A stretch of DNA of 63,881 bases, counting the filler, from Collodictyon triciliatum (Eukaryota), in the NCBI GenBank assembly GCA_043381765.1. It is 21 parts of 21 records of this genome, joined end to end, with 100 filler letters (N's around TTAATTAATTAA, not from the genome) between each part and the next. Parts side by side here need not be neighbours in the genome. Positions count along the whole stretch, not along the records: positions 1 to 2,967 come from JBHJMP010007999.1; positions 3,068 to 6,033 come from JBHJMP010008000.1; positions 6,134 to 9,100 come from JBHJMP010008001.1; positions 9,201 to 12,166 come from JBHJMP010008002.1; positions 12,267 to 15,247 come from JBHJMP010008003.1; 16 more parts are not named here. The stretch is one strand, 5' to 3'. Below, piece by piece: positions 1-13,830 of the stretch. How positions within the stretch are numbered: position 1 is the first letter of the stretch; each line of letters opens with the position of its first letter. The notes below the pieces were generated by a model. That model searched no databases, was not told the origin of the DNA, and worked only from the letters and a program-made list of their open reading frames with translations. A program made the translations under genes and the position numbers.

Positions 1-1741
1 AAAAAAAATAAAAAAAATAATAATAATAATAATAATAAAAAAAATAATAATAATAATAAAAATAATAATAAAAAAAAAAAAAAAAACTGGGACAAGATAA
101 CACGGATATTAAGGCGGCTTTTGGCGGTGGCTTTTCTTTTTGCTTTCCTTTGCTTGGGTTTGACTTTGAGTTTGAGTTTGTGAGAAAGAGTGCGGCAGGA
201 AAAAAAAATCGTAATTCAATTTATACTAGCGCTTTTGTTTTGTAGGAGGGATTGCATGTTTAAAAAAAAAAAAAAGAGAAAAAAACGGATGGAATGAACG
301 AAGGGGAAAATATATAGGTTTGACAAGTGTGAAAGAAGGCTTTTGCAATGGAAGATACCATGGGAAACGTCAAGAACGGAATTGAAGTTACAGGCGACAG
401 CACAAGCAGATGGGAATGACATGCTGATGCCAAGTGGGGCGCGTACTATGCAAACGTCTGCAGGTATTATCTAAAAATAGTTAATGCATGCATATGCATC
501 CTTTTGAATAAACCAAGTGTTTCTCGCCTACAACCCCAAACACTAAAACAGAAAAAAAAATTATGTAAAAACGAACAAAAAAGTGACAAAATGAAAAAAC
601 AACACAGGGGCACAAGGAATGAATTATAAAGATTGGCCCCAGAGATGCGCGTGTGCCCACTGATAGTATGTATCATCGGAATGGAGAACCATTTTCTTTT
701 TTCTTTTTAATTTTTCCAGCTTTATTTTGTATTCTCTTTAAACCATTTGTTTTTTTTTTTTTTAATTCTCGTTTACACTCTTCGTTCTTTTTATTCTTTT
801 TGGTTCCATTTATTAATCGAGAGCAAATACTGTCCTAGAAGATGACACCTTGAATTCATATGTGGTAAGTGTTAAAGTGTCCAAGATAACTAAATACAGC
901 TTTACACGGTGCGTTTCTCTTCATCTCGCTCTAATGATTCGACTGAACGAGAAATCAATGCATCCACGCTGGAAAGCCTCGTCATTACAGCTTCCTGAAC
1001 AGCCTGCTGAAACACGCGCGCATTCATCGCTACTCTGATTGCAAGCGAAGAAAGATGTGGGAATGAGCCGTGTGATATCTCCCACTGCTACCCACGCAGC
1101 CAATCAACCAGTTTGGACGCCCAGCCCGACTGACTCGCCATCACTGATTTCTTTCCAGTGCTAGTCTCTCCATAGTAACGTCTTCTACTCCTCGCGTTTG
1201 CTCTCTATCATGCGCACCTGTCTCGTCCCTTTGTATGGTTTTTTACCTCTAAATTTGAATCTGATCACGAGAAAAAAACAAAAGGTTCTTGTGTGCGTTT
1301 TCTGTTTTTCTTTGGTTGGTGTGTGATGCGGGATTCAGAAATGCCATGGGAATACAAATATCGTCAGAATACACTGAATTTTTCACAGAATACGTTTGGC
1401 AGAGATCGATGTATTCGCTTTGTTTTGTTTGGCTTTCCCTTTTTCTTTTTGTTTTGTTCTATTATTCTCTCCCTTTCTTACCCTTTATTCTTTTAATATT
1501 TTTAATCTTTATTCTTTTAATCCTTTTAATCCTTTTAATCCTTTTAATCCTTTTAATCCTTTGATTTTATTTATTCTTTTTTGTTCTTTTTGTTCTATAC
1601 TACTTTTTCTTTTTTTTTTCTTTGATGGGTTAATTGCCAAGATTTTCTCCACGTCCCCAACCGCTCCCAAGAAGCTGGCTGGATGTATCGATCTGATACC
1701 CTGTTCTTACAACACTTTGAAATATATTGCAGGAAAAAAAC

Positions 1742-2755
1742 ATGGCATCGCATAAGGCGCTAGCACTCACGATCCTTTTTGTTGCTCTTTGTGAGAGCTT
1801 CGTGACGGGCGATAACGCCCAGAAGCTAAGTAACTTAGCGAGAGACAACAAAGCTCATCCACCTCACAAGTCTTCCCAGCCATACTTTCGTTCTTTCCTG
1901 AGCGAGAATTCTTTTTTTCAAACCACCAATCTTGTGTCGAAGAGAGCACCTGAGTTTAACCTTACAGTCGCTGGTATTGTTGACCACCATAAAGGTTAAT
2001 GAAACAGCTATTTACATGATTTTACAGAAAAACTAGTAGACTTTGATAAAAAAAAAAAAAAACAAGCAAACTAACAAACAATAGTACGCCTAAGCATCTT
2101 TTTATTGTCTGTGGATACTAAGGCGAAATAAATTATATATAGAGGCCATTAAATTCTCCATAAGGATCAAACCGAACACTGTCACTTTGCTGACAAACCC
2201 CTCTATATTTGGGCAGATACTCCGAGTGAGTTCCATTTGGTTTTCTAGATACATGTAGTGGAATTAATATCGACTATAATTTTTGTTTTTAAATAGGAAT
2301 TTCATATGACTCTATATTATAAAATCTCTTTCATGACTAATTATTATTTTATATATATATTTTTTTTTTAGCATTATCAGTGTTTTTTTTGCGATTTTTT
2401 TAGTCCATGATGTTTTATGAGAAAAAAAATATTCATCGACGGAAGTTTATCTGCGTCTCACCCGTTTAGATATCGTCTACAGCATCCATCGAATTTCCAA
2501 TACAAGTATCCACTTGGCAGACAGCATGTATTTTTCTAACTTTTCTCTATATTTCGAATTTATTACACCGCCCTTTTCAACACGCTCATCTATTTTATTC
2601 GATAATCCGTTTTGATAGCCCCTGTCGAAGTGTATGTGGCCTACGTGAACCCCTTCTATATCAGGGACAATTACAATGTTCAAGGAATCGACAACATATT
2701 CCAAGAACTAGACGATAAACTGGCCGCTCTCATTCGCGTTGTCATCGCCTCATGA
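1742..2755 (+). CDS. Secreted DUF302-like protein, 4 exons (about 1742-1994, 2142-2225, 2470-2527, 2619-2755)
   Basis: GT-AG splicing gives a signal peptide followed by ...SFFQTTNLVSKRAPEFNLTVAGIVDHHKEAIKFSIRIKPNTVTLLTNPSIFGQILR|ISSTASIEFPIQVSTWQTA|SPVEVYVAYVNPF...ELDDKLAALIRVVIAS*. This fits the DUF302 pattern (IDH, NP, LP.RV.VW, V.V.Y.P). Confidence 0.65.
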
Positions 2756-2967
2756 AGAAATATCACTGACCATCACCCAATTTCATTTCTTCTTGTTTCT
2801 TCTCTTCTTTTTCTCTTCTTTTTCTCTTCTTTTTCTCTTCTTTTTCTCTTCTTTTTCCTTACTCTATCCTTTTCATCATTCTTCGTTATCTTTGGTGTTG
2901 TTTCCCAGTGCAATGGAATAAAATGGAGAAAAAAAAACACTAATCTCAACATAAATATATTGATATA

Positions 2968-3067
2968 NNNNNNNNNNNNNNNNNNNNNNNNNNNNNNNNN
3001 NNNNNNNNNNNTTAATTAATTAANNNNNNNNNNNNNNNNNNNNNNNNNNNNNNNNNNNNNNNNNNNN
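2968..3067. other. Artificial contig linker (N44-TTAATTAATTAA-N44); first of about 19 copies in the window
   Basis: Identical 12-mer with stops in all six frames, embedded in N runs. It recurs at about 6078, 9145, 12211, 15292, 18355 ... 58132, 61189. Most flanks are microsatellites where the assembly broke. Confidence 0.97.
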
Positions 3068-3254
3068 ATAAATAATAGATAAATAATAGATAAATAATAG
3101 ATAAATAATAGATAAATAATAGATAAATAATAGATAAATAATAGATAAATAATAGATAAATAATAGATAAATAATAAAAGTATCAATATAAAATTTGATT
3201 TGATTAATACGGTTTATATTTCGTATACTATTTTGATTATCGAGAGTGAAACCT

Positions 3255-5860
3255 GTGGATATTTGTTTAAGTTCGCTTGCAATGCCACTATGACTGAGTG
3301 CAGGGACTTTGTATCCGCTAGTTGAATGCAACCTAATTGATTTGTTTTCCAATCGTCACAACGTTTTTTTTTAACTACGAGTACTATTATAACCACGAAA
3401 GTTCATTTTATATATGCATTCTAGGAGAAAAATTGGAAATTGTGGTAAAATAACGAATACTTGATTAGTGTCATGCTATGAATAATTTAAACTTATAGAG
3501 GAAAGCTTACACAACAGTTCGTGTAAAGCTTTTCGAATTTCGATATTAAAGTCCTCTAAAACGCCCAACCCAACATCTAACTACAAAATATATTGAACCT
3601 GATAATTTTTTTCCTTCCTCTCGTTTTTCTTCTAAAAATCTACGAAAAAATTAGACCAAAACATAGATTTAGAGTGATTCATTCCATACCTGGTCCTCGC
3701 TTAATTGAATATGATTGCGAAGTTTCTTAACACTGTTAATTGCATTTATGCGCACACTGTCGATTTCATCATTGAACATATCAACAAGGAAATCGAGAGC
3801 CTTCTTTGAAAAATCCTCTGATTGAGACCCCAACTCGCATATAGAGTCTTACATTTTTTTTTAAAAAAGGGAAACCATAGTCAAATGATAGCACTGATGA
3901 CGAAATATATTTTTAAAATCACATGAATTCTCAAAAAAATTAGTCGTGGTACCTATTGCAGCATTTCGCACTTCTAAATATTCATCCTCCAACCCATGAA
4001 TAAAAGCCCCGGCTGCACCACTCTCGAGAATATTAATCTCATCAATGGACCTAACTTCTTTGTCTCCTTGTGCAGACGCAGATCTAATATATTAAAAAAA
4101 TCCAACGATCTATATCACTGTGTAGAATGAATAAAATAAATAAATTGCACATCGTACATTGAGTCATAAGCTGATTATTTAAATAGTTTACGTAGATGTC
4201 ATAGCCCCTGTTTGAATTACTCGTCCGTGACTCAGGACCTCTTTGCTGAATGTCTGCATAAGTTTTGAGATGGAAACTCCATTCATGCTCCCCATCAAAC
4301 TGCATGCCTGGCCACCGAAATAAGTGAATGTTCAATATAACCTTCGCTCAAATATCACAGACATGGAAAACATGAATACATACATCATGGTCTTTCTATG
4401 GAAATTACCTCAGTGCGAATTTCAATGGACCTTGTGCAAAATCAATTTTTTTATTAACAAAAATATTAATAAATGCTAAATGTAATATTTGATTTTATGT
4501 TTCTCTTGTATAGATAACAAAACCAAAAACCAAAAACCAAGAATAAAAATGATAAAAATAAAGTAAAGAGTTACCGGTCATTCACCATATCACATATTTT
4601 CACGAATGCATCATCAATAAGTCGGACCTCTGGCGACGAAGTGTTCATATGTGCTGATGGGCGACTAACAGCATGGTTGGGATAGCTCTTTCCGAGAATC
4701 CTGTTCGCAATTACATTTAATAATTGGTAAATTAATTGTTCATGGTAACAATTTACAAATATAAATCATACAAGAGACTCTTTTGAGAGTTCATGTCAAT
4801 AAGAAAAGATAATGTATTCTGCGTTCATATCAATCAAAGAAAAAAAAACCAAATCAATTTCATCGCTCTTGAGCGTACGCTTTCATGGTCATCAGTAAGT
4901 GATGTTACTGATATCTACACAATAAAAATTTATTCAAGTCATAATAGTAACTTGTATCAACTGAAAGGGTATATCATATATAATTCATTACAACTCTTTT
5001 TTAAATTCTCTATACATATAAATTCGATTGCTATTGCGAGCATTAATAATAAAAAGTGAAAAAAAATATCAACGATGTTTCATACTTTGTAGAGATCAAT
5101 ATGAAGCGGGAAGTGTCTCGCATGAAGATTTAGTAAAGCATCGTATGCACTCTGTTGACATTCAATATTTTAAGAAATAAGCCGACCTGGGGGGCGGGGA
5201 GGTTGATATAATCAAAACTAAAATTATATTGGTGTTTATCGATAGCAAACTTACTGTTCTTACGATGGGATCGTAGTCTTGTATTAATTTTTCTATAAGT
5301 CCGAGGGATTCACCAAGAGAATCGAACGTCTTTTTTTTTTTTTTTTTTAAAAAAAAAAAGTCGAGAAAAAACATATTCAATCCTATAACTTTTTAAAGCT
5401 GCTTTAAATAATCATTTATAGATGTTATACCTGCAAATCAGATATGATTTTCAACGAAACACATCTTAAACTAGGGTCAGGGTGGCGGATAAACTTTTTA
5501 GCTAACGACAGCAATCTATTTACTTCCAATGTCTTGCACTAGAGTGAGTATTTTTTTTTAACGGAGGTATATGTGATGAAGTCGGATAAAATTGCAACAG
5601 ATAGTAAAACTTCTAAGATACAGGAACACAATCCTGATAAAATTTGAGGCATAAACAAAAAACCGAAAAATTAGGTTCACAAAAAAAAAAAAATGCAAGA
5701 ATACAGAGAAATAGAGGTGCATATATAGAAATTTCTATTTTATAGACACTTTATTTTTATCAAAATTCAATACGAAGTATTTACTTGTGAGATCAAGTTG
5801 AGGTATCTCATTAATTTCACAAGTATGCGGTGGTGCGTCTCTACTTCCTTTTCATGTATC
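3255..5860 (-). CDS. INTS4: Integrator complex subunit 4 (HEAT repeats), partial, about 12 exons
   Basis: Spliced exons read RLIDDAFVKICDMVND, ILESGAAGAFIHGLEDEYLEVRNAAI, SICELGSQSEDFSKKALDFLVDMFNDEIDSVRINAI and LQANLNKYPQ, which are characteristic INTS4 motifs. Confidence 0.88.
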
Positions 5861-5927
5861 TGATTGTGCGGTCATTTTAAATACTTATGATGTTTATTCC
5901 TCTGTGTTTTTGGGCGTGTTCTCACCA

Positions 5928-6033
5928 TATAATACAATATAATACAATATAATACAATATAATACAATATAATACAATATAATACAATATAATACAATAT
6001 AATACAATATAATACAATATAATACAATATAAT
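5928..6033. repeat. 10-bp tandem repeat (ATATAATACA)n
   Basis: About 10 perfect copies at a contig end. Confidence 0.9.
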
Positions 6034-6224
6034 NNNNNNNNNNNNNNNNNNNNNNNNNNNNNNNNNNNNNNNNNNNNTTAATTAATTAANNNNNNNNNNN
6101 NNNNNNNNNNNNNNNNNNNNNNNNNNNNNNNNNTCCTTTTTATGAAAGAAAAATAATCTTTGTTTCGTAACTTTTTACATATGAATTATCGCTTCGTCTA
6201 ATTATTTCACTATTGTAAATCAGG

Positions 6225-8539
6225 TCCTCTCAAGAGTCTCCTGTGGTTATCGATAATGGCTCGAGCTTTCTTCGCATCGGGTTCTCCAAAGATGAACTCC
6301 CAGCCGCGGTATTTCCTTCTACGGTGTGCTACAACAATCTGGAGAATGTCAGCGAATTTTATGTTGGATACAATGCACAGCGACAGGTTTGGAAATGCCT
6401 AGATGGAGATGATTACTCTCTTTTTTTAAAGTATTTGTATTTGTATTTGTATTTGTATTTGTATTTGTATTTGTATTTGTATTTGTATTTGTATTTGTAT
6501 TTGTATTTGTATTTGTATTTGTATTTGTAAATTTTGTCGGACAACTCCAAGCCGAGTGACTAATTTTTTAAGAGCCTCAATTTTAAAACTCTTATGTGAA
6601 GAATATTTTTTTAAAAAAAAATTACCTCTTTATATTTATATTATATTCCAATGCATCTATCCTAACATGCATGGGGTATATTCCTTTACATTTCTCTCAG
6701 CAATCTCTTCTCGGACTGTCACCTGTTTATCCCTTTAACACTGGGCACGAAATCAACTGGGATTCTGTCGTCGATCTTTACAATTATGCATTCACAAATG
6801 AGCTGAACATCGAGACTCGAAATCACTCAGTAAGAATAAGGAATCAACTTTACAAGAATTTCGCTTATCTACAACGATGTTGCCTCTGTGATTGAAAGTT
6901 CTTACTTTGTTACGAGAATTTTATTAAGCATGTTATTTATGATTACTGTACCCCTAACTTATTAAATATGCAACAACAAAAAAGTTTCTCTTGACAGAGC
7001 CCGTCGGCTTCAAGGTCGATGGAGATGCTGACAAATTCTTGGAGATTATGATTGAAGTTTTTGAGGCTGACGGTGTATGTGTTGAAGCACCAGGAGCATT
7101 ACCTTTGTTTGCCGTTGGAGAAACAACTGGGATAGTTCTGGATTGGGGAAATAGACTCTCGGTAATAGTCAGAGAACTATACAAATAATTTACTATGAAA
7201 TAAAAAATAAGAGAGTTAATGCAATAAATAATTGCTTAAAATGCAACTGTTTGGATTATTGCCATGGATTCTCTTTTCTTTTCTTTTTTTTTTTTTTGTC
7301 AAATATTCGTCTACAGATACCTATTCATCGTTCTATATATTTGGTGGTAAAATGCTTCATCGTAGGCGATTCGGTTGTGTATTCCTGATTACATCCCTTT
7401 TTCTTCTCATACTGTAGATTACCCCTGTCTATGAAGGAGTTGTCTTAACAGAGGCAGCTCGATCGATTAACTTCGGAGGTCGTCACTTAAACTCGTACCT
7501 CTACCAAATCCTCAACAAAGAGTGTGGTTTTCACGTTGCCGAAAAGAAAATGGATATTGCATCTTCGATTATCAAGGAAAAGTATGACCGCTATTCTTCC
7601 TTAATACACAAATGAATGTTCTGAGTTGTGTTCTTTTTCTACATTCCTTGGAAATAGACAAAAAAAAAATAAATAATGGCTTAATAATACGGGCTTTGTA
7701 AATCTTAATGGCGAGGAAAGGCTTATGGCTAAATCATATTTACTTTACAATGCAATGCCGATAAGCCGGTATTTCCTATCCATCTTCTACATCGTAATAT
7801 TTAACATCTATTTCTTATCATTTATAAAAGGTTCTGCTATGTCGCGAGCGACTACAACAAAGAATGCACAGATACTAAGTCAGGAAGACGTACGCTGCGG
7901 AAAGACTTTGTCCTGGACCGCAGTGGCTCCATTTCACTGGAATCTCAACGCTTCCGCGTCCCTGAAATCATGTTCAACCCATCTGCTGGAGGCTTCGATT
8001 TTGAACCTGTCCAGCAACTCCTCCAAAAAGTCGTACAAGCGTGCCCAATAGACCATCGTCGAGAACTCTGCCAAAACATTGTTCTTTCCGGTGGAAGCAC
8101 ACTCTTTCCAGGTAAACCGCATTATATAATTACGCAACATCGCCCTCGCTCTTCCTCTTCTTCGTTGAGGAGAGGCTGCCTTTCGTCCCGCTTTCAGCTA
8201 CACCGTCGTTTACATCACCCTCTGGAAATGTGTTGATGAACTATGAATACGTTGTTTTCACTTGAAAGAAACTAGGTGAGTATTTGGTCTTCTACTGACA
8301 GAGTCCTGTTCTGTTTTTCTGTTCTGTTATCAGGCTTCAGTGCCCGTCTGAACCGTGAGGTGTCGCAACTCAACCCGGCCACCCCAGCAATGAATATCCG
8401 CAAGGAAGGAGTGTCGAAGTATCTCACATGGATGGGCGGAGCCGTAGTCACACTGGATGATTCATTTGACAAGATTCTTGTGCGAAGAGACGCATACCAT
8501 GAGGATGGCGCACACCGCATATTGAATGGCGATGACTAA
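6225..8539 (+). CDS. Divergent actin-like / actin-related protein, 5' partial, at least 6 exons
   Basis: VVIDNGSSFLRIGFS..P.AVFPS, LLTEP, TTGIVLDWG, ITPVYEG, FGGRHL, IKEK-CYVA, PEIMFNP, NIVLSGGSTLFPG, WMGG; stop at 8539. Confidence 0.9.
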
Positions 8540-9493
8540 GACCGCCAAGTCATCACCTTGCTTTTCCTTACTTCATGAAGAGAGAATCAAGTGTATATAC
8601 CACATGCAATTCTTCAAAAACCTTGTTTTGCTTCCGGCTGGGACGACGAAAGCATCCTCGTTTTTTCTGCAGTTAAATGACTATATTTATGAGAGAGAGG
8701 GAGAGAAAGAAATATCCCTAATAAACTAGCAAATCACTATCACATTCAGCTTTGATGACTTCACTGTCATCCAATTATCGAACGCGATATGTTCGTTTTG
8801 TTACGCGCCAACTCAGAAGCGCAGTATTGAAAAAAAAAAAAAAAGAGTTTGTGTGCGTGCCTTAAAGTCAGCTTGTCAGCTGTTGAAGCGTTTTCTTTAT
8901 CGGTTCGATTACTGCTGACCGTATAAGCCGACGGAAACTAGCGTAGTTGTCGGGTTAATTGTCCGAGTCTACTTTTTTTTTTTTTTATCTTTTTTCTATC
9001 TTTTTTATCTTTTTTTATCTTTTTTTATCTTTTTTTATCTTTTTTTATCTTTTTTTATCTTTTTTTATCTTTTTTTATCTTTTTTTATCTTTTTTTATCT
9101 NNNNNNNNNNNNNNNNNNNNNNNNNNNNNNNNNNNNNNNNNNNNTTAATTAATTAANNNNNNNNNNNNNNNNNNNNNNNNNNNNNNNNNNNNNNNNNNNN
9201 AAAAAAAAAAACAAAAAAAAAAAAAAAAACAAAAAAAACAAAAAAAAAACAAAGAAAACAAAACAAAAAGCAAAAAACAAACAAACAGAACAAACAAAAC
9301 AAACAAACAAACAAACAAACAAAACAAACAAACAAACAAACAAACAAACAAACAAACAAACAAACAAACAAACAAACAAACAAACAAACAAAAAATATGC
9401 AAGAGCCATAACATAAAACAAAAGCAAACGCAACAAAAACAAAAATAAAGTAAAACAAAAACAAAACAACAGGGAGAAAACCAAAAAACAACA

Positions 9494-11569
9494 ATGGCCG
9501 AGGCACCGCACAAACCCCGCAAAATCGACGTGCACACACACATCATCCCCGCCAACCTGCCCGACTTCAACGCCCGCTTCCAGACCACGGGCTTTGTGAC
9601 GCTGGACCGAACGTGCTGCAACTCCGCGTGTGAGGCACACATGATGCAGAACGGCAAACTCTTCCGCGTCATCCAAAGCAACTGCTGGGACGCGTCTGTT
9701 CGCCTGGCCGAGTGTGACGAGCGCGGCGTGGATGTGCAGGTGCTCTCGACAATCCCGGTTCTCTTCAACTACTGGGCGGATCCGCTGGTCTGTCTCGAGA
9801 CCTCCAAGTTCCTCAACGACGACCTCGCAAACACCGTCCGCAGGAATCCGTCTCGATTCGTCGGTTTGTCTGTGCGCAGCCTCCGCTGCATATTCTTTTT
9901 TCTTATTTTTTCCTTTTTACTCTGTTTTGCTTTTATTACATTCTAATTTTTTTTTTACATATATGTATATCAGTTGGTTTCCTCCCAAAAAATGAATAGA
10001 GAGAGAGAAAAAAAAAAGAGAATGTTTACTCCCTGGAGTGAGATGTAGATGTTAAGTAGTAATTGTGGACTGTTTCATTAGGTCTCGGAACTGTTCCGAT
10101 GCAGGACCCAAAACTTGCTGTTGTGGAGCTCCGTCGATGTGTGAGTGAGCTAGGTTTTGCAGGTATTCAAATCGGCACTCGCATCAACGCATGGAATCTC
10201 GACCAACCGGACTTGTTTCCCATTTATGAAGTAACTGAGTCTGTTTTTTTTGGACACCTTTGTCATTCCTGGTTGTTTTTTTGTTTTTTGTTTTGTTTGT
10301 TTGCTTGTTTGTGTGTGCGTATGTATGTATGTATGTATGTATGTATGTATGTATGTATGTATGTATGTATGTATGTATGTATGTATGTATGTATGTATGT
10401 ATGTATGTATGTATGTATGTATGTATTCTGTGATTACATGGCTGATTTTCTTTCTTATATCTATTCATAGGAGGCTGAGCGTCTTGGAGCCTGCATCTTC
10501 GTCCATCCGTGGGATATGGATACGGTATGAGATTTGTAATGTACATGATTTCCAATTAATATTTGTTTCTGTTTTAATTTTTTGTTTTGTTTATTTTTTG
10601 GTATTCCTTTTTTCTCATTAAATGAACCCAAAAAATAATGCAGTCTCGTATGCCAAAATACTGGCTCCCTTGGCTCGTTGGGATGCCTTCAGACACCTGC
10701 CTCGCTATATGCAGCATGATTTTTGGTGGCGTGTTTAATCGCTTCCCTAAGTTACGAGTGTGCTTTGCTCATGGTGGCGGTTCATTTCCGGGGACTGTTG
10801 GTATGTTTTTAAAGCTCGAACTCTCATCGATTCACGAAACGCAAACAAATCATCATATCTTCTGTTTTCGTTGTATTCTTCTCACTATTCTCTTTCTTTT
10901 TCTCTTTCTTTTTCTCTTTCTTTTTCTCTTTCTTTTTCTCTTTCTTTTTCTCTTTCTTTTTCCCTTTCTTTTTCCCTTTCTTTTTCCCTTTCTTTTTCCC
11001 TTTCTTTTTCCCTTTCTTTTTCTCTTTCTTTTTCTCTTTCTTTTTCTCTTTCTTTTTCTCTTTCTTTTTCTCTTTCTTTTTCTGTTTCTTTTTCTGTTTC
11101 TTTTTCTCATCGCTAAATGACAAGTATATGCGCTCCTTTTCAAATAGGCCGCATCCAACACGGCTTTGACGCGCGACCTGATCTCTGTGCGGTGGTAAAT
11201 GCGGTGGAGCCAAGGGCATATCTGGGTCATTTCTGGGTCGACTCTCTTGTGCATGATGCTAAAATGCTGCGATACCTCGTCGAGCTGTTGGGTGCCGACC
11301 ATGTTGTGGTAGGCTCCGACTATCCGTTTCCTCTCGGTGAGGACAATCCTGGCGCCATTGTCGATGAGGCTGCTTTCTCCCAGGAGATTAAAGACAAGAT
11401 TCTGTTGCATAACGCCGCTTCATTTTTGGGTCTGCCAGAGTCATTTTTCAGTCAAACTCATTATTTGCAAAAGGACCCGAATTTTTCCTTGACTTTGGAC
11501 AAGGCCTCAATCGATGAAGCAGAAGATGGGAATATAGAGAAAGTCAACTGTAGTCCAGCTGTCCACTAA
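9494..11569 (+). CDS. ACMSD: 2-amino-3-carboxymuconate-6-semialdehyde decarboxylase (amidohydrolase 2), 5 exons
   Basis: KIDVHTHI, VQVLSTIPVLFNYWA, GLGTVPMQDP, FVHPWD, MPKYWLPWLVGMP, FAHGGGSFP, GRIQHGF, GSDYPFPLGE. Confidence 0.96.
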
Positions 11570-12266
11570 TTACGAAGGCAATATTCATGAATCACAGAAA
11601 TAGGGATAGTCGCTTTGGATGGCAGTCGTGAAGCTTTTTGATGAAATCTCCTGAATTCCATCGTAAAACGCTGCCTATTGTCATTCCTCACCAGATTTCA
11701 TCCTCTTGCATCCTGCTGGACGTGAGTTATGGAATAATAATATCAGTTCACCATTCTCAGATCTCACGAGGACCCACCGAATTCTAAAAGAAAAAAAGCT
11801 ACTGATTCAACTTAGTAACCTAGTATATGAATAAAAAAAAAAATTTTTTTTTTATTCACGACAGACTTTGCTGTTGGCGCCCATGCCAACAATCTTTTTT
11901 CCAACCACCAAGCAAGTATTCCGAGGTAAAAAAGGGAAAGTGACGGCGGACGTACCATCAGAGGAGTATGGAGATGGGGAAAAGATAAAGGAGAGAAAAG
12001 ATGATGAAGAGGAATAGGAAAGGAAGTAAAGACCCTGGGGCTTGATAAGAGGCCCAGGGATTCCTTTCAGGATAGGACTTGTGGTGAAGTCCTTGGGAAA
12101 GGGAAAGTAGCGGGCTTGATTATGTTTAGAGGGGGGTGGAAGAGGATGGGAATACTACTTTGGTGGNNNNNNNNNNNNNNNNNNNNNNNNNNNNNNNNNN
12201 NNNNNNNNNNTTAATTAATTAANNNNNNNNNNNNNNNNNNNNNNNNNNNNNNNNNNNNNNNNNNNN

Positions 12267-12383
<117 letters not shown>

Positions 12384-12394
12384 GAAGCACGCAC

Positions 12395-13100
12395 CCTATT
12401 CCCTGATAAACGCAGCATCGTCAGGGAGTTCATACGCGAGAGAAAAGAAGGCACAAGTTTGAACTTCAAGTTGGAAAAAGCAAGTATAGTTTAAAAAAAA
12501 GGTTGGATGAAGAAAAGAATATATTGATATAAGCCATTAAATCGAATAGGGGAAGGGGAATCTTATGTGTATTGATTCCGTTTGTTTATTGTTTTCTATT
12601 TTTTTTCGAAGTTGAAAAGGATTGGCTATCTTTCAACATGTGTGATAAAAGTACCCTGTTTTCTTCCATGTGCAATTCTTGTAGTCTCTCAAACTTTGTT
12701 ATCCCAGGAGTGAGAGAGAGAAACTATTACAAATCTCCAACGATTAGGACAAATAAAAAGGGAGATACATATAACACAATATATTCAAACTGACAAATGA
12801 AAAAAAAAATGGGATGAGAAAGAAAAATAAAATAAAAAAGGAAAAGAAGAGGAAAAAGGAGACATGAATAGAAAATAAGAATAGGTAAGGGTTAATAAAT
12901 GAAAAAGTCAATCAGAGGCCAGCCGTCATTACCTGATTTGACGTTAACCGCAGAACCCGAAGGCTGTTGAGTTTGATCATTGTCCAGTGCAAGGAGTCCA
13001 GGTTAAAGCCAGTAAGGTCGATGACTGGAAAGGCTGCAGTAGCGCGAGCGATCGCCTGCTTCAAAGACACAGTGTCTGGCTCGTGTCGTTCAGGCTCCAT
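12395..13100 (-). CDS. Leucine-rich repeat protein, 3' partial (exons 12933-13100, 12655-12723, 12395-12463)
   Basis: LxxLxLxxN repeats: LRVLRLTSNQ, LQELHMEENR, LTMLRLSGNR; GT-AG introns. Confidence 0.8.
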
Positions 13101-13164
13101 CGCTCACCGGAAATAAGTGTATCAGTAAGGCAACTTCGTCTCTCGGAGGCGAGATGAAGTAGTG

Positions 13165-13257
<93 letters not shown>

Positions 13258-13830
13258 TTTCCTTTATTCGATTCAAAGAATAAGAATAATAATAAGAATA
13301 AGAACAAGAACAAGAACAAGAACAAGAAGAATAGCAATAGCAATAGCAATATCAATAACAATAACCACGAAAACGAAAACGAAAACGAAAACAAATCCAA
13401 GAGCCACTTGCGCTGAAGGAAGGAAAGGAAAGGAACGAAGGGTTCAGCTGAAGGATCAGAACCCCCTTCAAGACACCGCAACAGCTTCACAAAGCCAAGC
13501 CCAACAAAGCAAGACACGCTCAGCAAAACAAGAGTCTCGACGGCCTCGATTGGGGCTCCGCGCAACGCATATTAAGGAAGGGAGGAAGAGTCGAGAACAC
13601 CTCAGACGAAGCCTTCCAGCGCAATACGCAGACCAAACACTTCGAACGCAAGGTGGGTCGGGTTTGCGTAATTGTCTGAACACCTTCGAGGGGCCAAGGA
13701 GACAGGCTCTCTGTAGGAGGACAGGTCATGCGCGTTGGGGTGGGGCTTCGGACGATGGCTTTGCTCCATCAGACGGGGATAGAGTGGCAAGTCAGGAGGC
13801 ATTTGTGGGCCAGGAGAAGGTTTATTGCAC

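Noticed and set aside
355-1038. Possible 3' exons of a plus-strand gene
   Set aside because: Splice-like signals are present, but I could not build a consistent frame or recognise a product.
2506-2516. GTATCCACTT as a U12 5' splice site
   Set aside because: It reads better as coding (FPIQVSTWQ) within the DUF302-like exon, and no U12 branch site follows.
9145-9768. Low-complexity ORFs (poly-K, CLFV, MYVC, poly-I and similar, here and throughout the window)
   Set aside because: They are translations of microsatellites and homopolymers in introns or at contig ends.
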